Source of the DNA: Alphaproteobacteria bacterium
GTDB lineage: Bacteria > Pseudomonadota > Alphaproteobacteria > Bin95
DNA: 64,000 bases
Direction: 5' to 3'
Assembly (NCBI GenBank): GCA_964291285.2
Contig: OZ219786.1
Span: 128,001-192,000 of the forward strand
Shown: positions 41,552 to 51,385 of the stretch, one piece after another
Numbering within the stretch: position 1 is the first letter of the stretch
How the letters are laid out: each line of letters begins with the position of its first letter
Translations under genes and position numbers: made by a program
The notes under the pieces: generated by a model
Told to the model about the DNA's origin: nothing
What the model saw: the letters and a program-made list of their open reading frames with translations, nothing else
Database searches by the model: none

Positions 41552-42874
41552 ATGAGCGCCTTTGCATCGCTCGTGGACGACCGCGCCGGCGACGGCGTCT
41601 TCAGGGTGGACCGGGCCGTCTATACAGACCCGGAGGTTTTTGCCGCCGAGATCGAGACGATCTTCGAGGGCAACTGGATCTATCTGGCGCATGAGAGCCA
41701 GATTGCGGCGCCCGGCGACTACCTCGCCGTGTGGATGGGCCGCCAGCCGGTGATCGTCAACCGGCGAGCCGACGGCTCCGTCGGCGCCATGCTGAACGCC
41801 TGCGCCCATCGCGGCGCGCGCCTGACGCCCACCCGGCAGGGCAAGGCGACGACGTTCGTGTGCCGCTATCACGGCTGGTGCTACGACACGTTCGGCGCCT
41901 GCACGAAGATCAAGGACGAGCGCACCTCCGCACTGCCGCCCGGCTCGTCGCGTGCGGATTTCGGCCTCAAGACGGTGCCTTTGGTCGAGAGCTACAAGGG
42001 CTTCATCTTCGGCTCGCTCAACCCCGACGCGCCGCCGCTCGCCGAGCATCTGGGCGAGGCGCTTCCGGTCATCGACCTGCTCGCGGACCAGTCGCCCGAC
42101 GGCATGGAGGTCGTTCCGGGACAGGCAAGCTACGTCGTGGACGGAAACTGGAAGCTCCAGACCGAAAACGGCGTCGACGGCTACCACGTCTCCACCGTGC
42201 ACCGGAACTTCGTCACCACCATTCAGCGCCGCGACCTGCAATCAGGCGCGACCGGCGCCGGGCGGACGGACAACAGCCGCTTCATGGGCGCGACCCGCAA
42301 CGGCTGCTACGACCTCGGCAATGGCCACAACCTGATCTGGACCGAGCGCGGGATGCCGGAATCGGCGCCGCTCTGGGAAGCGCGCGAGCGCCTGCTGCCG
42401 CTTGTCGGCGAGCGCAGATGGACCTGGATGTGTGCGCGGGGGCGCAACCTGCTGCTCTTCCCGAACGTCTTCCTCATGGACCAGTCGTCAACCCAGATCC
42501 GCGTCATCCGCCCGATTTCGCCGAGCCGCACGGAAGTCACGGTCCATTGTATCGCGCCGAAGGGCGAGAGCCGCGCCGCCCGTGCGGCAAGATTGTCGAA
42601 GTTCCGCGACTTCTTCCTGATGAGCGGGCTCGCGACTCCGGACGATTCGGCGGCTCTGGAGGACACCCAGGCCGGATGCGAGGGCCGGCTCGACCGCTGG
42701 AACGACCTGTCGCGGGGCATTGCCGCCATGCAGCATGGCGGCGACGACGCTGCCTCCGATCTCGGCATACAGCCGGTTTCGACCAGCCCGCGTTGGGACC
42801 ACGAAACGCTTTACCACGGGCAATACCGCCAGTGGCGCCGCCTCATGGCGCGCGCCGACAGGGCTGCCGCGTGA
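41552..42874 (+). CDS. Rieske aromatic ring-hydroxylating dioxygenase alpha subunit (BenA/AntA-like)
   Basis: NACAHRG..CRYHGW Rieske motif; ENGVDGYHVSTVH mononuclear Fe motif. Confidence 0.93.
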   Translation: MSAFASLVDDRAGDGVFRVDRAVYTDPEVFAAEIETIFEGNWIYLAHESQIAAPGDYLAVWMGRQPVIVNRRADGSVGAMLNACAHRGARLTPTRQGKATTFVCRYHGWCYDTFGACTKIKDERTSALPPGSSRADFGLKTVPLVESYKGFIFGSLNPDAPPLAEHLGEALPVIDLLADQSPDGMEVVPGQASYVVDGNWKLQTENGVDGYHVSTVHRNFVTTIQRRDLQSGATGAGRTDNSRFMGATRNGCYDLGNGHNLIWTERGMPESAPLWEARERLLPLVGERRWTWMCARGRNLLLFPNVFLMDQSSTQIRVIRPISPSRTEVTVHCIAPKGESRAARAARLSKFRDFFLMSGLATPDDSAALEDTQAGCEGRLDRWNDLSRGIAAMQHGGDDAASDLGIQPVSTSPRWDHETLYHGQYRQWRRLMARADRAAA

Positions 42875-43371
42875 AGATCGACCCGGACCTGCAGCTTGCC
42901 ATCGAGCGCGTAATCCATCTCGACGCATGGCTCCTGGACGAACGACGCTTCGAGGAATGGCTGGCGCTGTTCACCGAGGATGTGGCCTTCTGGGTGCCCG
43001 CCTGGACCGGCGAGGAAACGCTTGCCCGCGATCCGGAGACCGAACTCGCGCTTATCTACATCCAGGGCAAGGCAGGCCTCGACGACCGGGTGTTCCGCAT
43101 CGGCACGCGCGACAGTTACGCCTCCCTGCCCCTGCCGCGCTCATGCCATGTGGTCGGCAATGTGCTGATCCTTTCCGCCGGCGACAGCGAAGTCGAGGCC
43201 GTCGCGTCCTGGACGGTGCATCAATATGCCTCGCTCAAGGGCGCGCGCGTGCATGGGGGGCGTTACCGCTACCGGCTCCGCCTCGAGGACGGCGAATGGC
43301 GGATCGCCGCCAAGACCGTGATTTTCCTGAACGATGGAGTCGATGTGGCTCTGGATATCTACAATGTCTGA
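42871..43371 (+). CDS. Aromatic ring-hydroxylating dioxygenase beta subunit
   Basis: LLDERRFEEWLALF, LDDRVFRI, RSCHVVGNV; GTGA overlap with alpha. Confidence 0.9.
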   Translation: MKIDPDLQLAIERVIHLDAWLLDERRFEEWLALFTEDVAFWVPAWTGEETLARDPETELALIYIQGKAGLDDRVFRIGTRDSYASLPLPRSCHVVGNVLILSAGDSEVEAVASWTVHQYASLKGARVHGGRYRYRLRLEDGEWRIAAKTVIFLNDGVDVALDIYNV

Positions 43372-43936
43372 ACCGAACGCATCGCCGAAGGGCCTTCGCT
43401 TTGCGGTGGACTACGGCCCGCTGCTGGTCTTCTTCGTCACTTACTACGCAGCCGGCATCATGTGGGCTACGGCGGCGATCATGGCGGCGACATCCGTCAT
43501 GCTGGCCGTCTCCTGGTATTTCGAACGGCGCCTGGCGCCCCTGCCGCTGGTGACGGCGGGGCTGGTCGCGGTGTTCGGCGGGCTGACCCTGCTGCTCGCG
43601 GACGAGACCTTCATCAAGATGAAGCCGACCATCGTGAAGGCGTTCATCGCCGCCGTGCTGCTCGGCGGCCTCGCCTTTGGAAAGCCGCTGCTGAAGCCGC
43701 TGTTCGGCGCGGTCTGGAAGATCGATGACGACGGATGGCGCAAGCTGACCTTGCGTTTCGGGCTGTTCTTCATTGCCATGGCGCTGCTGAACGAGATCGT
43801 CTGGCGCACGCAGTCCACGGATTTCTGGGTCAACTACAAGCTGTTCGGCACGATCGGCCTCACATTCGCCTTCTCCCTGACTCAGATACCGGTATTCCGG
43901 CGTCACTGGGTCGAGGAACCCGCGGAGAGCGGCTAG
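43364..43936 (+). CDS. yciB: Inner membrane protein YciB (septation protein A)
   Basis: DYGPLLVFF, FIKMKPTI, WVNYKLFG. Confidence 0.9.
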   Translation: MSEPNASPKGLRFAVDYGPLLVFFVTYYAAGIMWATAAIMAATSVMLAVSWYFERRLAPLPLVTAGLVAVFGGLTLLLADETFIKMKPTIVKAFIAAVLLGGLAFGKPLLKPLFGAVWKIDDDGWRKLTLRFGLFFIAMALLNEIVWRTQSTDFWVNYKLFGTIGLTFAFSLTQIPVFRRHWVEEPAESG

Positions 43937-43947
43937 CCGTCCCGATT

Positions 43948-45279
43948 TCAGGCGGCCCTCTGTGCTGTCTCAAGTAAATCGTTAACAACACGCTCTAAAT
44001 GATTGAATGTGTTGCATTCACGCAGGAGGTCACAATAGGGCCGGTAGCGGCGCATCTCGCTGTCTCCCGTACCCCAGAGCGGCGGCGGCTCCGGGTTGAG
44101 CCAGATGAGCCGCTTGCAGCGTTCGTGCATTTCCTTCAGGTATTCGGCCTTCGGATCGGTGTTGTTCGACCGCGCGTCGCCGAGAATGATGATCGTGGTG
44201 TTCCGGTCCACGTCGGCCAGGAAGCTCTCGCGGAAATTGGTGAGCGATTCGCCGTAGTCCGTCGGCATGTAGCCGACCTTCTGCATCACCTTGTCGGCAG
44301 CCTCGTCCGCCACGTTGTCCTTGAAGTGCTCGGAGACTTCGATGAGGTAGCCGGAAAAGGCGAAGCTGCGAATGTCGTGCAGGAGTTCGTGCAACTCATA
44401 GAGGAATTGCAACAGGAACCGCGCGACGCTCGCCACGGAGCCGCTGACATCGCAGATCGCCATGACGCGCGGGCGGTCGAGCTTGCGCTTCTTCCACTCC
44501 AGCTCGAACAGCACGCCGTCATTGCCGTAATTGCGGCGCATGGTGCGGCGGATGTCCAGCTGGCCCCGGTTCTTCATCTTGCGCCGCCGGGAATGGAGCG
44601 CCACCAGCCGGCGGCAGATCTTCTCCACGATGCGGCGCATCTGCTCGCGGTCGCGGCGGTCCAGATTGCCGAGCCGGGAACGCCGCAGCCGGTCCTCGCG
44701 AAGCTCCTGCGAAGTCGCCGCGCCCTGGAGCGAAAGCTGTTGCTCGACATAGTTGCGCACCTGCTCGAACAGCCAGGCCCGGCTTTCCTGGAGGGCCTGC
44801 CCGGCGCTGCCGCCGCCGCCCTGCCCGCCCATTGCCTGGATCTGCGCATCCACGCCCTCGACGCCCATCTGCTGGAGCACGCGCTGGGTATAGAGGCCGC
44901 GCTGGGTGAAGAAGCGGATGTTCTCGACGCCGACCTCCACTGCCGCCTCCTGCATGGCGAGCGCAAGCGCGGCGCGGTCGCCGGCTTCCAGCATGGCCAG
45001 CAGGTCTCCGCCGTCCGCCTGCCCGTTCTCCTCCGTCTCCTCCCCGTCCCGGCGGTCGTGGAAGCTTTCGAAGGCGAAAAATTCGTCGAAGATACGGGTG
45101 AAGCCGGTCTTTTCCTCGGGCGTCTTGGCCAGCGCCATGGCGAGGGCGTCGTGCAGGCTTTGCCGGTCCGACCAGCCCATCAGCCGCGCCGTTTCCATTG
45201 CATCCAGCGTCTCGGCAACCGAAACGCGGATATCGGCCCCGCGCAGAGCGGACAGGAAATTGGTGAAGGTGCGTTCCAT
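43948..45279 (-). CDS. VWA domain protein, CoxE-like
   Basis: CDVSGSV MIDAS motif, ILGDARSN, WLNPEP..WGTGDS. Confidence 0.88.
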   Translation of the reverse strand: MERTFTNFLSALRGADIRVSVAETLDAMETARLMGWSDRQSLHDALAMALAKTPEEKTGFTRIFDEFFAFESFHDRRDGEETEENGQADGGDLLAMLEAGDRAALALAMQEAAVEVGVENIRFFTQRGLYTQRVLQQMGVEGVDAQIQAMGGQGGGGSAGQALQESRAWLFEQVRNYVEQQLSLQGAATSQELREDRLRRSRLGNLDRRDREQMRRIVEKICRRLVALHSRRRKMKNRGQLDIRRTMRRNYGNDGVLFELEWKKRKLDRPRVMAICDVSGSVASVARFLLQFLYELHELLHDIRSFAFSGYLIEVSEHFKDNVADEAADKVMQKVGYMPTDYGESLTNFRESFLADVDRNTTIIILGDARSNNTDPKAEYLKEMHERCKRLIWLNPEPPPLWGTGDSEMRRYRPYCDLLRECNTFNHLERVVNDLLETAQRAA

Positions 45280-46235
45280 CAGGCGCGCGCGCCGTCAGCC
45301 TTCTTCGCCTGGCGGGTGAACCCGTAGAGTTCCGCATCGACCGACTGGATGTCCTCCTCGAATTTGAGGAAGACATTGAGCGTTTCCCGAACCATGTCCG
45401 CTTCGAGTTCGTCGGCATGCAGCAGCAGCAGCACGCGCGCCCAGTCGATGGATTCGCTGACCGAGGGCTGCTTCTTCAGGTCCAGATCGCGTACCTGCTG
45501 CACGAAGGAAACGAGCTGGTACTTCAGGTTGCGGGGAATCTCCGGAATGCGGGCCTGGATGATCTCCCGTTCGAGCGGCGCATCGGGAAACGGCACATAG
45601 AGATGCAGGCAGCGCCGCTTGAGCGCGTCGCTCATCTCGCGGGTGTTGTTGGAGGTCAGGAACACCACCGGACGCCGTCCGGCCTTGATCGTCCCGAGTT
45701 CCGGGATCGAGACCTGGAATTCGGACAGGATTTCCAGAAGGAAAGCCTCGAACTCGTGGTCCGACTTGTCCACCTCGTCGATCAGCAGCACCGCGCCGCC
45801 GGGTTCCCGCAGCGCCTTGAGCAAGGGCCGCGGCGCAAGGAAGCGCTCGGAGAAGAACACATCCGCATGGGCATGCAGCCGGTCCATCGATTCCTTGAGC
45901 CCCTGGGCCTCGCCCAGCACCTCGCCCAGCTTGTCCCGCAGGATTTGCGTGTAGAGGAGCTGCTTGGCGTAGCGCCACTCGTAGAGCGCCTTGGCCTCGT
46001 CCAGGCCTTCGTAGCATTGCAGCCGGATGAGCGGCAGGTCGAGATAGGCGGCCGTCGTGTTCGCAAGCTCTGTCTTGCCGACGCCGGCGGGACCCTCGAC
46101 GAGAACCGGCTTGCCCAGATGCCCGGCCACATAGATCGCCGTTGCAATCTGGCGCGAACAGATATAGCCGAGTTCCGCATAGCCTTCGCGGACGCGCTCG
46201 ATGGACTCCAGCTTTTCCAGTTGTTCAGGGGTCAT
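45279..46235 (-). CDS. MoxR family AAA+ ATPase, CoxD-like
   Basis: EGPAGVGKT, RLQCYEGLD, LLIDEVDK, DALKRRC. Confidence 0.92.
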   Translation of the reverse strand: MTPEQLEKLESIERVREGYAELGYICSRQIATAIYVAGHLGKPVLVEGPAGVGKTELANTTAAYLDLPLIRLQCYEGLDEAKALYEWRYAKQLLYTQILRDKLGEVLGEAQGLKESMDRLHAHADVFFSERFLAPRPLLKALREPGGAVLLIDEVDKSDHEFEAFLLEILSEFQVSIPELGTIKAGRRPVVFLTSNNTREMSDALKRRCLHLYVPFPDAPLEREIIQARIPEIPRNLKYQLVSFVQQVRDLDLKKQPSVSESIDWARVLLLLHADELEADMVRETLNVFLKFEEDIQSVDAELYGFTRQAKKADGARA

Positions 46236-46360
46236 ATCTTGTCCGGGGAATAGAGAGCGCCGGATATTGCCCGCTGCTTCCGGGCGACACAACCGAACCG
46301 GGTCGTGCGAAACCGCCGCATGAGCCTCCTCCATCCCCGCTCTGCACAGCGTCGATTTCA

Positions 46361-47233
46361 ATGAGGCCCGACCGGCCGGGGCGCGGCATTGCGTTGATGA
46401 TCGTGGCGATGGCAATGCTGGCGGGCCTCGACGCGGTCGGCAAGCTCGCGACCCAGACCTACCCCGTCTCGCAGGTGCTGTTCCTGCGGTTCGCCATGTT
46501 TCTCGCGTTTGCGCTGGCGCTTGCAGCCCGGCGCGGCGGTGTCGGTGCCATGCTGCGGACGCGGAACTGGCGCCTTCAACTGTTTCGGTCCTTCGTGCTG
46601 GCGTTCGAGATGTGGCTGTTCGTCTATGCGATCTCGAAGCTGCCGCTTGCGGACGTCCATGCGGTGGCAGCAGCCTCGCCGCTCATTGCCACCGCCCTCG
46701 CCGTTCCCCTGCTGGGCGAGCGCGTGGGCCCCTGGAGGTGGGCCGCGGTAATGCTGGGATTTGCCGGCACGCTGGTCGTCATTCGACCGGGCGTCGGCGT
46801 CTTCGACCCCCTGACCCTTCTGCCGCTCGTCGCTGCGTTCGGCTGGGCCTATTACCAGCTTCTGCTGCGCCGCCTGCGCGAAGACCGGCCCGAGACGACC
46901 CTGCTCTACACGGCCGTCATCGGGTTCGCCGTCTGGAGCGCGTCGGTTCCCTTCACCTGGGAGCCTCCCGACGCTTACGGATGGACGCTTCTCGGCGCGG
47001 TCGGGGTGCTCGGAATTGTCACGCACAGCCTGCTGATTCTGGCAGCGAGAGAGGCGCCGGCGGCCGTTTTGCAGCCGTTCAACTACACCCTGCTCGTCTG
47101 GGCGACGCTTTGGGGATGGGTCGGTTTCGGCGCCTTCCCCGATTCCTGGACGATCATCGGCGCCGCGGTGGTGGTCTCGAGCGGGCTCTTCGCCATCTGG
47201 CGCGAACACCGTCAGGTTCTGCACCGTCGGTAG
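46361..47233 (+). CDS. DMT (EamA) family transporter
   Basis: About 10 hydrophobic segments; LLGERVGPWRW. Confidence 0.88.
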   Translation: MRPDRPGRGIALMIVAMAMLAGLDAVGKLATQTYPVSQVLFLRFAMFLAFALALAARRGGVGAMLRTRNWRLQLFRSFVLAFEMWLFVYAISKLPLADVHAVAAASPLIATALAVPLLGERVGPWRWAAVMLGFAGTLVVIRPGVGVFDPLTLLPLVAAFGWAYYQLLLRRLREDRPETTLLYTAVIGFAVWSASVPFTWEPPDAYGWTLLGAVGVLGIVTHSLLILAAREAPAAVLQPFNYTLLVWATLWGWVGFGAFPDSWTIIGAAVVVSSGLFAIWREHRQVLHRR

Positions 47234-47305
47234 CAGGTTGTCACTCCGGCCGCGCCGGGCATTTCGTGCATAATGCCGGCAACGCAAATCGGGGGATTGC
47301 TTTCC

Positions 47306-48316
47306 ATGCAGTTCGTTCTGGCGATCCGGGGCCAGTTTCCGCCCGGGGACGATATGAGTGCGCGCTTCGAAGAGCTGATGGAGCAGGTCCGCCTGGCGAA
47401 ACGGCTGGGCTTCACGGGCATCGCCAAGTCCTGCCACTACAGCTCCTCGCCCTGGCAGGAAATCCAGCAGATTCCCTTCCTCGCCCGCGCGGCGGCGGAA
47501 GCGCCGGGCCTCACCTTCATCACCTCCATCGTGCTGCTGCCCCTGCACAAGCCGCTGGAGATCGCCGAGCAGACGGCGGCGCTCGACCTGTTCACCGGCG
47601 GGCGCTTCATCCTCGGCGTCGGCATCGGCTACCGCGATGTCGAGTTCAAGGCCTTCGGCACCACCCGCCGGGAGCGGGTGCCGCGCATGGTCGAGAATAT
47701 CCAGGCGATCAGGCGCTTGTGGACCGAAGACGAGGTGACGATGAAGGGCTCGCATTTCGAGCTCGACGGCGCGGTCTGCTCGCTCAGGCCGCGGCGTCCG
47801 CCGCCCATCTGGATCGGCGCCAATGCCGACCCGGCAATCCGCCGCGCAGCGCATATCGCCGACAGCTGGATGATCAACCCGCACAACCGCATCGACACGA
47901 TCCTGCGCCAGATCGAGGTTTACAAGCAGGGCCTCGACGAAGCGGGCAAGCCCTGGCCGGAAACCCTGCCGCTGGCGCGGGAGATGTTCGTGGCCCGCAC
48001 CCGCGCCGAGGCGATCCGGCTGGCCCGGCCCTATCTGGAAGCCAAATACAAGGCGTATCACGACTGGGGCCAGGACAAGGCGATGCCCGAGGGCGACAAC
48101 GATCTCGGCCAGGAGTTCGACGAACTCGCCCGCGACCGCTTCCTCTTCGGCTCCGCCGACGAGGTGGCCGAACAGATCGTGGGCATGATGAAGGCGACCG
48201 GCGCCAACCAGCTTTCCCTGCCGATCCAGTGGCCGGGAATGCCCCAGCAACTCGTTCTGGAGCAGATGCATGTGATGGCGGAAGAGGTCGTCCCCCTCGT
48301 GGAGCAGGGACTGTAG
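47306..48316 (+). CDS. LLM class flavin-dependent oxidoreductase (paralog 1)
   Basis: LLPLHKPLEIAEQ, GIGYRDVEF, PPIWIGAN. Confidence 0.9.
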   Translation: MQFVLAIRGQFPPGDDMSARFEELMEQVRLAKRLGFTGIAKSCHYSSSPWQEIQQIPFLARAAAEAPGLTFITSIVLLPLHKPLEIAEQTAALDLFTGGRFILGVGIGYRDVEFKAFGTTRRERVPRMVENIQAIRRLWTEDEVTMKGSHFELDGAVCSLRPRRPPPIWIGANADPAIRRAAHIADSWMINPHNRIDTILRQIEVYKQGLDEAGKPWPETLPLAREMFVARTRAEAIRLARPYLEAKYKAYHDWGQDKAMPEGDNDLGQEFDELARDRFLFGSADEVAEQIVGMMKATGANQLSLPIQWPGMPQQLVLEQMHVMAEEVVPLVEQGL

Positions 48317-48319
48317 GCC

Positions 48320-49336
48320 ATGCAGTTCGGCTTGATGACGCGCGGCCAGTACGAGCTTGGCGACGACATGCAGCGCCGCTTCGCGGAGCTTGCGGAGCAG
48401 GTGCGGCTGGCGGACCGCCTCGGGTTCGCGTCCCTTACCAAGGGTTCCCACTACAGCGCCTGGCCCTATCAGGACTTCCAGCAACTGCCCTATCTCACCC
48501 GGATGATGGCTGAGGCGCCCAACCTGCGGCTCAATGCCGGCATCATCCTGCTGCCGCTGCACAAGCCGCTCGATCTGGCCGAGCAATTGGCCACCATGGA
48601 CGTGATGTCGAGCGGGCGGGTAATCGCCGGCGTCGGGCTCGGCTACCGCGATGTCGAGCTGGACGGGTTCGGCACCGCCAGGGCGGACCGGATACGCCGG
48701 TTCGAGGAGAATCTCGAAGCCATCAAGCGGCTCTGGACGGAAGACAAAGTCACCATGGAAGGCTCGCACTTCACGTTGCGGGAGGCGTCCTGCCCGACCA
48801 AACCGGTCCAGAAGCCGCATCCGCCGTTCTGGATCGGCGCCAATGCCGACGCTGCCATCCGCCGCGCGGCCCGGCTCGGGACCTGCTGGTACATCAATCC
48901 CCACAACCGGATTTCGACGATCCTGGAGCAACTGGAGGTCTATCGCCGGGCGCTCGATGACCTCGACAGGCCCATGCCCGAAGAACTGCCGATCCGCCGC
49001 GAAGTATTCGTCGCCGACAGCCGCGAGGACGCGATCCGGCTGTGCGGCCCGCATCTCGCGGGCAAATACGCCGTCTATGCTTCCTGGGGGCAGGACAAGG
49101 CGATGCCGGCGGGCGACTCCGACCTGACCGCCGCCTTCGAGGACCTCGCCCGCGACCGCTTCCTCGTCGGCTCGGCGGACGAGGTGGCCGAGCAGATGAT
49201 CGCGCTGGCGCGGGCCACCGGCGTCAACCACATCGTCATGAGCGTCCAGTGGTCGGGCATGCCGCAGAGCCTCGCGCTGGAAACCCTGCAACGCCTTGCC
49301 GAGGACGTGTTCCCCAGGGTGCGCCAGGGACTGTGA
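48320..49336 (+). CDS. LLM class flavin-dependent oxidoreductase (paralog 2)
   Basis: LLPLHKPLDLAEQ, GLGYRDVEL, PPFWIGAN. Confidence 0.9.
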   Translation: MQFGLMTRGQYELGDDMQRRFAELAEQVRLADRLGFASLTKGSHYSAWPYQDFQQLPYLTRMMAEAPNLRLNAGIILLPLHKPLDLAEQLATMDVMSSGRVIAGVGLGYRDVELDGFGTARADRIRRFEENLEAIKRLWTEDKVTMEGSHFTLREASCPTKPVQKPHPPFWIGANADAAIRRAARLGTCWYINPHNRISTILEQLEVYRRALDDLDRPMPEELPIRREVFVADSREDAIRLCGPHLAGKYAVYASWGQDKAMPAGDSDLTAAFEDLARDRFLVGSADEVAEQMIALARATGVNHIVMSVQWSGMPQSLALETLQRLAEDVFPRVRQGL

Positions 49337-49359
49337 CGGCCGCAGACACCGCCCGGGCT

Positions 49360-49870
49360 GCGGGCGTGTCATGGGATGTCATGTTTTGTCATGAGGACCG
49401 GCGGGACAGCGTTCGATATGTCATGAGATGTCATGTTCTGCATGCGCACGGCGCATGTCCCGTGGCCGGTTCCGGCATGAGGTAGTCGTTTCGGGCGGGG
49501 TTCCGGGTATTCCATCCCGTTTCCCGGCTTCCGCATCTTCGGCATGCGTTCCTCCTCTCGAACCGTCTTCGTTCCATTCTCTCCGCTGCCCGGTTCCTCC
49601 GTGCGGCGGGACCCTAATTCGCGCGTATCCTGCGCGGGCGCCCGCGCGCGTTTCGCGGCGGCGCGAATCGCGCGCCTGATTGCGCGCACAAGACGCGGGA
49701 CACACTTCTCCTGTCAGCTTCCCGGGTTCTTTTTTTCGCGCCGGCGCGAAACAGGAAAGAGAGCGGCCCCGCGCGGATGCCGCCTCCTTCCTCTGGCCTG
49801 ATCCGGGTATTCTATACTACCTGTCAAGCCCATAGTCAGAATTATTTCAAATCATAAGAACAAGAAATTT
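49360..49870 (-). repeat. Dispersed element copy C (short form); boundaries approximate
   Basis: GTCATG at 49368, 49378, 49388 and 49420, 49430; core 20-mer at 49668-49687; CGCGCGTATC at 49620-49629; AT-rich end with TGTCAAG near 49822. Confidence 0.82.
49369..49545 (-). CDS. Putative 58-aa small ORF within element C
   Basis: GAGGAGGAACGC before ATG; ends ..RMQNMTSHDI..MTKHDIP* inside the CATGAC arrays. Confidence 0.3.
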   Translation of the reverse strand: MPKMRKPGNGMEYPEPRPKRLPHAGTGHGTCAVRMQNMTSHDISNAVPPVLMTKHDIP

Positions 49871-49970
49871 GTATCAGCCGTGCGCCGACTCATGGCCCGA
49901 GGCTCAAGGCCGGCGCCGCCGTTGCATGACGGGGCCGTCGCAGACCGCTTCAACCCCAACAGGTCATGCT

Positions 49971-51002
49971 CTAGAAACTGTATCTCAACGAGAGGGCGGC
50001 CCTGGTTTCTTCGATGTCCAGCAGCGTGACTCCATCCAGCGGCGCGCGAGCCCTGGCATGGTTGAGGCCCAGATTTGCCGACAGACCCCGCGCGATATCG
50101 TATTGGCCGCCGAGCGCCACGGATGCCTCGTCCTTGCCCTCGACACGGCCGATATGGCCTTCGAGGGAAAAGGAGAATGCTCCCGTTTTCGTGCGAATGC
50201 CGGCGGAAACATACCGCCGGTCGATATCCAGCCCCTTCGACGAAAGGCGTTCATAGCCGGCGCCTGCATCGATGGTCGTGCTGCCGTAGATGACCTCGCC
50301 GACGAGGCTGAGCCCCCTTGTGTCGAACCGCCGCCCGCCGCGCGAAGCAAAGGCGCCCTCTGCCGCCCTGAGCGCCATACGCCAGTCCCTGGTGCCGGCC
50401 GGGCGCTGGAAGACCGCGCCCAGGTCGGGATTGCCGTCTTCATCGACGACGGCACCGACGATCCAGGGACCGAAGCGTCCGGTATAGCCGCCGCTCCTGT
50501 CCTCCGGCATGCCGAGGAAGTCGTCGAACGCCAGCGCGGCATTGCCGACACCGCGCAGGCGCCGTGTCAATTCGCGCACGATGCCCGAGACATTCCCGCC
50601 CGACACCGTGCCCCAATAGCTGCCGACAGACAGCGCCGCATTGTCCGTATAGCCGTCGCCGGTCCCGAACGGGGTCGTCGGGTCGGAGGCATGCTGGCCG
50701 AAATAGGAGAGATCGACCCGCCAGCGGTTTCCCAGCTGTGTCAGCGCGTTTGCCTGGAAATTCCCGACCAGGCCGGTATCGGTGTCATTGCTTCCCTCCG
50801 TATCGACACTCCAGCGCGTATCGACGAGACCGGTCAGGATGAAGGTAACGTCGGCGACCTCAACGGCGAGCGGCTCCTCCATGGACGACAGGCTTTCGTA
50901 GTTCAGGGAAAGCGGCTCGGCCGAAGCGGAGCCGCCCCCGGCCATACCGGCAAGCACGATCGCGGCGGAAAGCAGGGTCTGCCGAACCCGGTTCGCTGCC
51001 AT
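49971..51002 (-). CDS. Putative outer membrane beta-barrel (porin-like)
   Basis: Signal peptide (ASA-E), amphipathic beta pattern, C-terminal LSLRYSF. Confidence 0.7.
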   Translation of the reverse strand: MAANRVRQTLLSAAIVLAGMAGGGSASAEPLSLNYESLSSMEEPLAVEVADVTFILTGLVDTRWSVDTEGSNDTDTGLVGNFQANALTQLGNRWRVDLSYFGQHASDPTTPFGTGDGYTDNAALSVGSYWGTVSGGNVSGIVRELTRRLRGVGNAALAFDDFLGMPEDRSGGYTGRFGPWIVGAVVDEDGNPDLGAVFQRPAGTRDWRMALRAAEGAFASRGGRRFDTRGLSLVGEVIYGSTTIDAGAGYERLSSKGLDIDRRYVSAGIRTKTGAFSFSLEGHIGRVEGKDEASVALGGQYDIARGLSANLGLNHARARAPLDGVTLLDIEETRAALSLRYSF

Positions 51003-51385
51003 AGCTTCAGGCCTTCGCCGGAAAGGTGGAATTGAAGGCGTGCCTGGCGAGCGCGCGCCCGGATTTCAGCCCCTGCTCATTGTCTATCGCCCAGTGGACG
51101 CCGCCATAGAGGCGGCTCAACCCGTTTTCGTCCGCCATATGGCTCAGGCTGGTCCAGCTTCGGGTTACGCCCTGCAATTGCGGCCACAGCACCTCATCCG
51201 GCGAGCGCCCCGAAAAGGCCACATCGTCCCGGCCGAGGAGCAAGGCAATCATTTCCGCTGCGGCGGCGCCGAAAGTGGAATGACCGGATGTGTAGGCGGG
51301 AAATTCCGGCGTCGGGATGTAGCTCTGCCAGCCGGATTCGAGCACCACGCGCCGATCCGGATTCCGGAATGCGGGGGCCCGGACG

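Noticed and set aside
40505-42241. Apparent N-terminal extensions or fusions in the ORF track (also 4251-5570, 7696-9513, 7785-9770, 34583-35887, 41731-43371)
   Set aside because: The extensions overlap real genes in other frames; true starts are downstream
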